DNA of 62,749 nucleotides, the filler included, from Choristocarpus tenellus KU-1152 (taxonomy: Eukaryota > Protista > Phaeophyceae): NCBI GenBank assembly GCA_964200185.2. It is 9 parts of 9 records of this genome, joined end to end, with 100 filler letters (N's around TTAATTAATTAA, not from the genome) between each part and the next. Parts side by side here need not be neighbours in the genome. Positions count along the whole stretch, not along the records: positions 1 to 5,342 come from CAXNAD020011091.1; positions 5,443 to 8,019 come from CAXNAD020026610.1; positions 8,120 to 14,916 come from CAXNAD020007324.1; 6 more parts are not named here. One strand, given 5' to 3'. A model generated the notes under the pieces. That model made no database searches. It was not told where the DNA came from and worked only from the letters and a program-made list of their open reading frames with translations. The position numbers and the translations under genes were made by a program. Below, in pieces: positions 1-11,137 of this stretch (position 1 is the stretch's first letter; every line of letters starts with the position of its first letter).

Positions 1-99
1 TCTCCACCCCTACTAGCAAGAACAGCCGTGCACTTCCTTGTCTCATGCCATTGAAGCATACAAGAGTACCTTCTGCTTGAAACAAAACAAATCGGATGA

Positions 100-1000
100 T
101 CAAATTGCTCATACATCCATTCACCCAGCTCACTTGAGTAGTTCCACTGCCCCAATCACACTCCCAAGTATGTGCAGTTCCTTTTGTGTTCACTGATGAG
201 AACTGGCTGACACAAACACCATCCAGTTTGGAGAGAGGCAGTGCAAATGAAGATGTGTGCATGTAATGCTGTGTCTAACAATGGGTTGCTTGTTTCTATT
301 TCTGTCCATAGTTGCTGCCTAAGACTAAGGTATATTGTCCCTGGCTCTACACACTGTGTCAGTCAACAGTACATAGGAGCAGAATTGGTCTGATGTGGTC
401 ATTGCTGTGTGTACGGCACCATTGTGTCCATATTGTAGTGTGAGCAGAGGAGGAACTATTGCAGTTGTCCAGAGTCCTTCTACATACATTCATTTTAAAG
501 TAGAGCCTTTGCCAAGTATAGAGATACAACTACACCACCGGTCAGTCGAACAATCACATGCATCACAACGTAGTGGTACTAGCATTTCAACATTCCACAA
601 AATCAACATTAAGGTAACTGCTTGGGGAGTGTGTGTAACTAGTGGGGTGATACCCCATGGATCATGTCAGATAGACCCCGTTGATTATCAAAACACTGAG
701 GTACCACTGCACTACCAAGGCTACCAGTTGCAGAATGTTGTGCCCCAGTGGTATCATAGTGGTATTTCAATATATGAAACTGCCATCAAGGTCGATGAGT
801 TGCCTCAATATCGATAGTATCAAGCAGTGTTCACACATGTTTGATTGGTTCACACCTACAGTGCACTCTCATGTACAATTGGAGCTTGGAAAATCTCTGG
901 AATGTTCCTAATTTTTGCTGCTTGACTGTGGTAAGAATGCTGACATAGTACAGTGTATCACCTTAAACTTGAGAGCTAAAACAGAATGGAAATGATACTA
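100..1000 (-). mobile_element. Highly degenerate non-LTR (LINE) reverse-transcriptase-like remnant
   Basis: The minus strand shows broken RT-like motifs in the expected order (V*SQG near 350, then CTYLGV near 165-175) with many stops and frameshifts. Boundaries are approximate. Confidence 0.3.
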
Positions 1001-1895
1001 TAGAAATTCCAATTAAATGTGTATGGAGTAAATATTTTTCAGTCTCTTGGGCACCTACAGTAGGAGCATGCTGCAAACCAACAGACTGCACTAATCTACA
1101 CATTTTACCTAAGAAATAAAATCTTTTCAACCCTGCCTTGCATATCCATGATTTTCCTTGCTTCGCCCTACCACTTGGATGCCTTCATCCAATTCCTACC
1201 ACAGTTGCACACTTTATTCTCCTGTAGGTCAGGTAACATCCAACCCTGAATCATCATTGAGTTCCAAACAAAAAGCAAGCCACTATACTCACTGCTTGAC
1301 ATGCTAGATATAGCCAGAAGTCCTCTTCAATACCAAGTTGCAACACCCACCACGTCACAGGTGGATAAGGAATTGATCCTGTTGCAATACAGTCTTACAA
1401 CACCGTTGCTCTAGCAGGAGACACTTTCAGTCACATACTACATGATATACTCATTCAAGAGGCATTCCATACACAGCCTCTCCATGCTCCTTTCCTCCAC
1501 CCTCCAAGAATATTTCGCACACAACCTTTATTGCAATTTGAAGTTAGGACTGTCATACTATACACCCTCCATTATTTTCCATGGCTTCCGTAGCACACAA
1601 CTCATCTACTGACCTCAACGAGCCACCAAAACTAAGTTTCCATCCCCAATCCCCTCTGCTACATCTCTTAACTGCTGCTCTGTCTACACAAACTGCCTAA
1701 ATGTGATGAGCCCACTACCAAACCCTTCTTGGCAACTAATTAGCCCATGTAGAAACAACAGTATCTGACCCACAATTTGCCTCCAAATGCAGAGTGAAAC
1801 ATCCATCAACCCCCCTCCCCTTCCTCCCTAGCTCTTCTGGCCATTCTTATCATATTACCCTTTCTCCCTCCTTTTAACCCCCCAATCCCATAATG

Positions 1896-4723
1896 TCAGA
1901 GGTCTGGGTCCATGTCATTTCCAGCCTCTGAAGGTTCAGCAGCATCAGACTGTACAGCTGCCTGGTTTTTCTCTTCATGTCCTCCCACTCCTCCCCCAAG
2001 TGCTCCTTCCTGCCCCTGATTCCCAGAAGCATTTGAGGAAGCTCCTGCCTTGCTCCAGTATGAGTCCAACCCGCGATCAAGTTTAGCCACTGTTGGGTCT
2101 GGGCCCTTACCAGCTTCGAACCAGTCTGTTTGTAACAGTCAAGCAGTGTTAGGGGAGGAATAAGGGAGGAAAATACAGTTCATCAGGGTGGTCAATAGGG
2201 TTTTCATTCACTGCAGGTGCATGTGTGTGTTCTTATGTCAAAATCTGGCATTGGTAAGTCCTGGGTCATCACTGGCTATATGTTACATTTACACGGCGCA
2301 ATGCGCTGATGTGCAAGTTGATGAAGAAGGAATGGGGTGTACAGCTCCAGACCCTCTACCCTTTCAAGCCGTGGAATTAGAGGAGTAAGGTACTGTGAGT
2401 AAATAGAGAGCTGTGTGTAATCATTATATGCTAGCATACTATCACAAGAACTGGGAAACATTCAGCAAGTGCATGCATCTGGAGGCAACAATGTTTCATG
2501 CAGGAGTAGATTTCGGCCAGGGAGGTACAGAAACAATATTTAAATGATGATGAATACTGCCATTGGTTCTGAAGTTGTGATAAGTACAAGGTTGCTGAAC
2601 TGGTAGTGATGAAAACTTGAGAGAATAACTCTGCAGTAGTGAATGAGATCTGTGTAATCAGAGATGGGGATAGAGAGATAAGAGAGGGCTTCTCTAGGGT
2701 GTTTATGCTGCTACACAGGCAATAGGGTTAGGGTGAGGATCAGAACAAGGACTGGAACAGGAACAAATCCAGACAATCAAGAAAGAACGCAGTAAAACAG
2801 GACTTATTATTTCTTATAATTTGTCTTGTACAAAATATATTGTTGGAATTGTCAGTACCTACCACAAAACTACTTTGAGGGTAAGTGCTGCTCAAGGTGC
2901 CTCCTTGTCCATCCGGATCCACATCAAATTACTATTTTGTTAGTTTGAATATGAGCATGTATCAGATCACCAGCAGGATAAGACACCAATGTGTTTAGTG
3001 CCTTTCTGAACACCGCCATTTCACAGGCTTTGACTCCAGCTTCACACCACTTTTCTGCACCCTCAACACCCAGAGCAAGATATAGTGAAATGTGCTTGCT
3101 TCCACATGCATAATAGCAAATCGCATTTCGTTAGAATGGCTACAAGGTACAACTTAGAACCTACCAAATAACTCCTGTGCTATGACCCACATATTCTAAC
3201 AACAACAAACCCTAAGTCTACACAGGTTATCACTTCTTGAAGTTTTCAGAGCTAAGGGATGGGTGTAGTAAAGTCATAGTACCATACGATGCAACCAACA
3301 CACTCAACAGTTACACATCTCCTGAATCTGTAGAATACGACTGAAATTTCGTACACTCAAAAAGCTATCACATCTAAGACACACTATTCAATGCACATAT
3401 CAATAGCCAAGTGCAGCATTGTACTCCCCCCAGGATGGTGCAGACACCAAAAGGAGCACTAGGGCTATTCACCAGCATGTTGAAATGACTTCCTTCCCCC
3501 ATCAACCCTATGCTGCTGTTTTCACCTACTTAATTACCTGTTCAACCCAATATTCCCGCCAGCATTCACACATTTACACGCACTAAGTATCCTCCAGAGA
3601 ACCCTAACCACTCCTCCAAACCAACTTTCTCATTTTTCTTGACCTTTATTCTTTTCAATAGTCACATCCATCAGACCTCAATCATTCCAGTCCCTCCTCC
3701 TCCAACAAGAAATAAAACAATCACCCCTTTTCAAGGGACTCACAGGTGTCCATGCTCTCATCAAGTGTTGCTGCATCTACCTCCATGGTATCCTTGACCT
3801 TGTCCCCTCCACCCTTGCCCCTATCCCTGCCTCCCCGTCCTCCCCGTCCTCCCCTCCAGGCACCACGACCCCTGCCCACTCTACCCCCATCCTTCGACTT
3901 CTGCTTCACTGCTTGCTGGACAGATGCCTTATTGCTAGTAGTCTGGGAGTTGCGCTGTATGGAGGAAAAAGCAGCATTTGTAGCAAGTGAACACATGGGA
4001 AAGGAACACATTACACCATCATAATGGTGTGAAGTGAACATTCAGTCATTTTAGGATTAACGGGTAAGGGAAAGAGGGAGGAGATGAGGGGTAGCATAAG
4101 GGTGTAGTTCCACAAAATTATGAAAGAACAGAAATGTTAACCCAGGCACAGTCACAAGCAAGTGAACATATGGTAACAGAACAGTCTACCTCAAAAAATA
4201 TGAATCAGAACAGTATCATTGCAAAGGTTTACTTATCATGTGGTGCAGACCCAGTGGTCATACAAAATAGACACTAATGAACATCATCAACCATATCAGT
4301 TCTCTGAGTCGCAGCCTGCCCAGGGAGCGAGAACTGCATGGGGAAGTAATGTTGCACTCAAAAAAATCTGAAGACTCCTTCACTTGATAAACAACCTCCA
4401 ATAGCTGAGGTCAAGGTTTACAACCATCTGATAGGTTTTCTCGTGATCCTACAACATCGGTGAAGAAGGGATGGGGGGATTCTCAAACATTTATCGAATG
4501 GAACAAGGCCAACCTATATTGTGTATATCCAGTAACCTCATTTCTTCACCTTTGCCATGAGAGCTCCACTTTCACTGGGTCGAGCCCCTTGCGCCTTACC
4601 CCCTCTCCCTTTACCACTACTGTTGGTCCCCCTGCCAACTTTGCTGCCTCCCCTGTTACCCCGTACAACTTGGACTTGGGTAGAGCGCACAGCTCCCTGT
4701 GAGTTCATCCCAGTGCGACGAGC
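1896..4723 (-). CDS. CHTOP/FOP-like RGG-rich protein with two C-terminal UAP56-binding-type (FoP duplication) motifs; 3 exons, 5' end not identified
   Basis: Phase-compatible GT-AG exons 4723-4550, 3954-3744 and 2125-1896 splice to ...GRGRGAWRGGRGGRGGRDRGKGGG...ATLDESMDTYWFEAGKGPDPTVAKLDRGLDSYWSKAG...MDPDL*. An RGG tract plus tandem LDxx(L/M)DxY motifs is the CHTOP/ALYREF C-terminal signature. Confidence 0.75.
2600..3450 (-). mobile_element. Degenerate LINE apurinic-endonuclease (APE) domain remnant inside an intron
   Basis: The minus strand gives APE-like motifs in order: VLDVIAF (cf. DIIALQE), AGDLIHAH (cf. GDFNAH), CLDLFL (cf. IDYIL) and ISDY (cf. SDH), with multiple stops and frameshifts. 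Confidence 0.45.
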
Positions 4724-5342
4724 CTGGAAAGGGGTGGGTAGAGCAAGGTAAGGCAGGAATCGATCACACCCTAAGGGATTCTATTCTTCCAAAAATATAG
4801 GGGAGGAGGAAGGGGAGGGATGAAAGAAAGACGGAGAATAATATCGAACGCAGAGTAATCGTGGATCAAACTCTGTTGTTGTCAGCCTCAACAATACTTT
4901 AGAGAAAAAGGTAAAATGATCCCTGGTCATCAAAGTTGTTGAGTGATAGAACCATTGGGGGTGGCATCATCTCTGGATCCTGGAATACTGATCGTTAGTG
5001 GGGACAAATAGAGATGGCGAAATGGTCATGTAATGAATCAATAACATGTGTGGAAGTCGACGTATGTGGGGCCTAAAATTAAGTGTGGGCATATCTTTCT
5101 CGTCCATTCCCCTTGACATGACCTGCCCAATGATGACATTCAACCTTGAGATTAAACAAGCTATTTTGACTTCCACACATTATAGCGGGCACAAAAATAT
5201 ACTTCCCTCTTTGGTTGAAACATAACATGCAATTCCAACCCCTATTCGTTCTTTCCCCCTCACTTTTCTCTAGTCTAGACCTGGATTTAAGTACAGATAC
5301 AACGAAACTTTCAGTGGAGATGGGGGGGGGGGATTGCTCACA

Positions 5343-5442
5343 NNNNNNNNNNNNNNNNNNNNNNNNNNNNNNNNNNNNNNNNNNNNTTAATTAATTAANN
5401 NNNNNNNNNNNNNNNNNNNNNNNNNNNNNNNNNNNNNNNNNN
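5343..5442. other. Artificial contig spacer (N44-TTAATTAATTAA-N44)
   Basis: Identical 100-bp spacers also at 8020-8119, 14917-15016, 23991-24090, 30603-30702, 46356-46455, 56388-56487 and 59972-60071. Confidence 0.98.
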
Positions 5443-5685
5443 TCGCACTGGTTGGTCATCGAATGGAATGGAGGGCAATCAGTGACAAAGGGCATTTGCA
5501 CTGGTTGGTCACCAAATGTGGGGATGGCTGGCAATCAGTGACGAAGGGCATTCACACTGGTTGGTCATCCAATGGGGAGGGATGACAACCAGTGACGAAG
5601 GGCATTCGCACTGGTTGGTCATTCAATGGGGATGGCTGGCAACCAGTGACGAAGGGCATTCGCACTGGTTGGTCATCAAATGGGG
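5443..5685. repeat. ~54-bp tandem repeat (~4.5 copies) whose unit is palindromic
   Basis: Unit approx. CGCACTGGTTGGTCATYCAATGGGGATGGCTGGCAACCAGTGACGAAGGGCATT, containing the hairpin AACCAGTG-A-CGAA-GGGCA-TTCG-CACTGGTT. Truncated by the contig start. Confidence 0.9.
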
Positions 5686-7910
5686 AATAGAGGATAGAGG
5701 AATAAAAAAATAGGAATGTGCAAAATAATAATAATAATCCAGAATTCATGAGCAAAACCTATTTTTTTGAGTATGTCGAAAAAAGCGGTACAAAAAGGGG
5801 GTTGGTTCATAATATTTGGTATAAAATAGGTGTAGGTACTGTACCCACTTCTTACCAATAGCAAATATACAATTACTCTTAAAGGTTAAAACAGGACTGG
5901 ATCTTGGACAAAATTGTGTGCGTTTTTTGTTTATAACAAACAACGAAGAAGAGTTCTTTAGTTTGTCCATCATCCCTTCATTTATCAAAGAACAAAATGA
6001 TCACTACACTAATCATGATCGAATCGTAAACAGAAACTCCAACCCAACAGTTTTCTGTTCCCCTCCTTACTCCTCTCCTCAATGTTACAGATCATAGAAA
6101 ATATGTTTATTATTATGCCTCTGTTTACAGATGTGTCAGGGGGGAAACCAATGAAACTATATATATGTCGCAATATCGTTCACATTTAGAACTACCACTT
6201 TTTGAGGGTTGTTCTGATATAGTGAAAATATATCGATCATATTTTTGGTTTGTGGTTGGTGGTTTGGTAGGTAGCAAGCAACATGTCCACAATTTTCAAA
6301 TGATCTTCCTTCAGGAAAAGGTAGGTGGTGACTACTAGTCCCTACAACTTCTTTTATATGTGTTAACGGTGACGCCCACATAACAACAGGAGCAGGGTCG
6401 AAGATTGACGGCGTTATCCGTGGACTCAGCCTCGAGCCTGGAATCCTCGATAGGATCAGGAAATCTTCCGAATTGATGACTTGGGCATCTAGTTCTTTCA
6501 GGGATGTCAGGTGTTTTACCCTGCCAATTTTCCACAGAGAAGATCGCAACATTTCAAGACTTTGAGTCACAGGGTGATCGTGGACGTCTCGAGTTGGCGC
6601 CGAATATTGAAGAAAAATTGCAACCCCGATCGATTTCTACGTCGCCATCGTCGTTACCATCCCACACAAGCCCTGTGGGAAGTCATCGTAAGGTGTTATC
6701 TGGTCAGGCTCCATGTGAGGGTTGCGGGAGCATCCCTTTCCTTGCTGAGCAGGCCGTGGAAGATGTTAAAAATTCCCCTGTGGGAGATGGGTGGAGAGAA
6801 ATTCGCCCCCAGAGCCCAACCTCGAGATGCAGGCAACGGGGGTTGCGCGAAATTAAGCTTGAGCGTTCTAGCTCATCCGACTTCGGGATGCCCGAGACAT
6901 GGGAAGATGGATCAAGGACTGATAGTGGAACCTGGTTGCGAAGGATGCGGAATCGGGCAACTATCCTCTTCGCCGTGATACAAACCTGGCTGGGCTTATG
7001 CGCATCTTGGTGGGCGATGCAATTTATGATGATGCACTGTTTTCAGTTGATCGTTCCCCTTGTCAATGTGTCAGGATGCCGTGATCTGGAACTGAAGCTC
7101 TATTAGGGCACACCGTTTCTTGTCTCGACAAAAAAACTGTTGGAAATCGCTGTGGAGAAGGTGTAGGTATATTGGAGAAGTTTTTACACTTTTTTCTATT
7201 ACTGCTCTTTCTTCTGTTAGGCTCCTCTGCAGGTCGTTCATGCTTCTTTGCTACCCAGCCAAGAAATGCGTGTAGAGCGTTTTCTATCTTTATCCATTGC
7301 ACGAGCCTGTGCTCCACATGCGATGTACATATTTGGCGCTGGACTCGTAGCATTAAATCCCAACAAAACATGTAAATTTTGTTCGTTTGTTCTCAACATG
7401 TGTTTCATCTGGTAGGACAATTTCATTCTTCGGAGCTCTATCCGTAGGTGCACATAATGTACCAGAAGTTCAAACCTCATTCTTACACAGGAGAAACTGC
7501 TTGAGCCATTTCCAGAGGGTGACAGCATTTTATTTGAGATACTACCATTGTTCCATGCTTTTGAATATTTCGGGATGCTTTTGCGTATGCAATTCTGAAT
7601 GGACAGACTTACACCTTTTGGGTGTACACACAACTAGAGAGACAAAAAAGTCATTTGATGCTGGAGGAAATTAACATAGTCCCAGCAGTAAAAACTGCAC
7701 GCACTGACTTAAACAATGAGAAAGATCAATAGGAATGTGTGATAATTCTTCCATTACCTGTATTTCTGTGCCTATGCATTTAATTTGGGCAAGGGCTAGG
7801 GTTTGGTGGGTGTGTTTCCTTCTGTTCCTCGGGTGTTGATTGGATACAAAGACTGTCACTCTTTTTCTCCACGTGTATCATCTTTGGCCCTTTCCCCTCC
7901 TCCCCCCCCC

Positions 7911-7913
<3 letters not shown>

Positions 7914-7953
<40 letters not shown>
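7914..7953. repeat. (CT)n microsatellite
   Basis: Direct reading. Confidence 0.95.
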
Positions 7954-7957
<4 letters not shown>

Positions 7958-8291
7958 CTTGTTTTTTCCTTTTAAACAGTCTGACTCCACAAATGGGTGT
8001 CAAGTGGGTGGGGTGAGACNNNNNNNNNNNNNNNNNNNNNNNNNNNNNNNNNNNNNNNNNNNNTTAATTAATTAANNNNNNNNNNNNNNNNNNNNNNNNN
8101 NNNNNNNNNNNNNNNNNNNAACAACTAATGGAGGACCCTCTGTTTTGGGATGGGGGAGGCCCCCAGAACAAGGGGTTGCATCACGCCCCCCCCCCCCCCC
8201 TCCCATGTCTATACACGTGTAGCGGATGTCGATTGAATCCTTATGTGCATGTCTGCCTGCTGACGAAGGGGAAATGGGTTACATTGAGTCG

Positions 8292-8531
8292 AAAGATAAA
8301 GATAATGATAAAGATAATGATAAAGATAATGATAAAGATAAAGATAATGATAATGATAAAGATAATGATAAAGATAATGATAAAGATAATGATAAAGATA
8401 ACGATAATGATAAAGATAATGATAATGATAATGATAAAGATAAAGATAATGATAAAGATAATGATAAAGATAATGATAAAGATAAAGATAAAGATAAAGA
8501 TAAAGATAAAGACAACGATAAAGATAATGAT
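8292..8531. repeat. (GATAAA/GATAAT)n hexanucleotide microsatellite
   Basis: About 40 hexamer units; produces spurious DKDN/IKIM/SLSL ORFs. Confidence 0.95.
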
Positions 8532-9140
8532 CTCGATCCCCCCAACCCGTAGTCGCACTACTCAACTCAAATCGCCCCGCCGACCCTTTGGGTAAGAGGC
8601 AGAAGTTTTTATTTTATTTTTTCCTCCTTGATGACAAAATTTGTCGCTCCGTGTGTGTGTGTGGGTCACACAATTAAAAAAAAAATCACAACCTCTCTTC
8701 GTGAAGACTTAACTTAACGATCCTAGCGAAAGAACGTACAAAAAGATGTTGAGGGCTATATCAATATATCAACTGCAATTTTTAGGAAAAGAAATTGGCT
8801 ACATTGCCATTGCCCCCCCCAAAAAATAAAAATAAAAATAAAAATGTTGCAAGTTTCAGCATCAACTGGATGGACCCCAACATTTTTTTTTCCCACCCAG
8901 CTGAAGCGCGAGCAACGGAAAAGTATGTATATATATGGGTTGATGCTGCACATCAGTACTCCTAGTGCATCCGCTTTCGAGACCGGTTTATATTTCAAAT
9001 ATATATATATATATTGCGAGTACGCCTTCCACTATTGTGAAAACGATATACGCCTTCCACTATAGAACGATGGCAGCGAAAGAAGGTACGTTACACCTCG
9101 ATCGAAATGTGCACGTCTATGTTCTACACGCCGATGACCC

Positions 9141-9275
9141 ATTATTTATTTATTTACTTATTCATTCATTCATTCATTCATTTATTTATTCATTCATTCA
9201 TTCATTTGTTTATTTATTTATTCATTTATTTATTTATTTATTCATTCATTCATTCATTCATTTATTTATTCATTT
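9141..9275. repeat. (TTCA/TTTA)n microsatellite
   Basis: Direct reading. Confidence 0.9.
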
Positions 9276-10164
9276 TTCTTGACTCGTTCGTACCTTGTCG
9301 GCATTGCAAAACTACTACACTACGTACGTTCTAAGAACCTAACCCTAATTTTTATTTTTTTCGTGCGTGCTGTAAGAAAAAGAAAAAGAAAAAGAAGAAA
9401 AAAAAATCAAAAAAACATCTAAACTCGTCCATCTACATCTACCTACACTCCTGTCCTTTCTTTGGAGCATGGCGAAGCTCTGCGGCTGTTGCTACTTTTT
9501 TGGGGGTCTAATGCTAACGAACTCTATCCCCTCGCCCCACCCCGCCCCCAATTCCATCACAACCTCAAACCACTATAGGACATTCCACGTCCTGGCAGTC
9601 GATGGCCTCGAGATGCCTGGGGTTGCGAGGGCATGGGCACAGTTCACAGGGCAGGGCAGGGCCCGGACAAAGCAGGTCGTGCGATCCAAGGGGCAAACGG
9701 TGACTCAGGTACAACGTCGATTCGTTTCCATGCATTGCGCCAATGACATCGTATGCACGCTTCTGTGAGCTTTTCAGTGTTCCAACAGTGGGTCAATTCC
9801 ATCGATCGACGAACGGGCCCGAAGTACTTTTTTTTTTTTTTTTAATATACTTTTTTCTCGTGTTTTTTTTTTCTTCCTTCTTTAGTGTAGTGCAAGCATA
9901 CTACAGTGTTGAAATTCTTGGTGTAAGTACCTGACGATAGATACACTTGGGGGTGGTGGGCCCGTCTGAACTTTCTTTTTATTTTTATTGCACCTGGTGG
10001 ATGGAGCTGACTCCGACGCGCATTCCTCCTCCCCCCCCCTCTCCCAAAAAAAGGAAAAAATTGAAGTCACCAAGAAGGGATTTCATTTTTCAGTAGCACA
10101 CTTCAAATGGAGAGATTAAATTTCCAACACACATAGATGCAATGTGATCCAAATTATGCTAATA

Positions 10165-10385
10165 CTATCGTTATTGTTATTACTATTATTGTTACTGCTA
10201 TTGCTATTATTGTTGTTGCTGTTGTTGCTATTGATATTATATCTACTACTATATTGTTAATATAATAATATTATCTATCGTTATTGTTGTTACTGTTATT
10301 CTTACTATTATTCTTACTATTATAACATTTCCAATATCATATCATCATCATTATTGTTATTTACAGTAGTAGTAGTAGTAGTGGT
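10165..10385. repeat. Degenerate (TAT/TGT/TAC)n trinucleotide tract
   Basis: Direct reading. Confidence 0.8.
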
Positions 10386-11055
10386 TGGTGGCGGTACATC
10401 TCTTGCTGTACTTGCTCACCTGGCCGAAAGGATGAGGTTGAAGCACTCTACATAAGATATGGACTCAGCAAATAATTTGAAGGAAGTTGAAACCAAGCAA
10501 GACAAGCACAACAAGCACAACTCGCAAGACTGCCTGGGTGTCTTTCTCACTTATGTGCACACATGGGGTGATCTATAGGTAGGTTCCTGCTCCCCATCTG
10601 TCTCCCCAGGGTGAGGAGGATGTTGCACCTGGTGAACACTATTGTTGTGAGGCACACCGTCTAATCATGGCATTAGTAACTCCAAGAGCATGAGAGATAT
10701 TGACAATACTAAACATTGATGTGCATTGCAGAAGGCACATCTGTTCGTTGGAAACCACCATGATCAAGTTATTGAACCTCTTCTTGCAAACCTTGATTTC
10801 CACAGGGCATGACAAGCACGCCCAAATGGTGGTATGCCTGACAGAGTATGCAAAGTTACCACGAGTTTAGTTATTTTACCCTAACCCTGAGTCCACGTTT
10901 GAAAGTATATAACTCAGCAGACAGTACTTCTAGTACCTCACTACCAAAGCACATGCAACTTTGGGCAAAGGGAAGACCCATCAGTTGCACTTCCTGGCCG
11001 CTGTTTGAAGATTTTTTCACCACTCACCACTTTTTTAGACCAGTACACACTTTGT

Positions 11056-11137
11056 GATAATGTAAGTGCACTTTTCCTGGTCAGGGCCCAAATGGACACC
11101 CTGGTGTAGACCCCCCCCCCCCCAGATACTTTGAGTC
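11056..11137. mobile_element. MITE family S, one terminus only
   Basis: AAGTGCACTTTTCCTGG..CCCAAATGGACACCCTGGTGTAGACCCCC..CAGATACTTTGAGTC matches the end of the copy at 20073-20249. Confidence 0.8.

Noticed and set aside
5343-5442. Recurrent TTAATTAATTAA motif within N runs
   Set aside because: Artificial six-frame-stop linker used to concatenate contigs. Neighbourhood across spacers is not meaningful.
5443-5685. CRISPR array or hammerhead ribozyme array
   Set aside because: The variable segments are homologous to each other, there are no cas genes, and the context is eukaryotic. There is no CUGANGA/GAAA core on either strand.
6157-7674. Cluster of 100-200 aa ORFs, possibly a decayed gag-like region
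   Set aside because: No convincing motif in any frame; cannot be assigned without a search.
8128-8595. Overlapping ORFs in five frames (DKDN, IKIM, YLYH, SLSL repeats)
   Set aside because: By-product of a hexanucleotide microsatellite.
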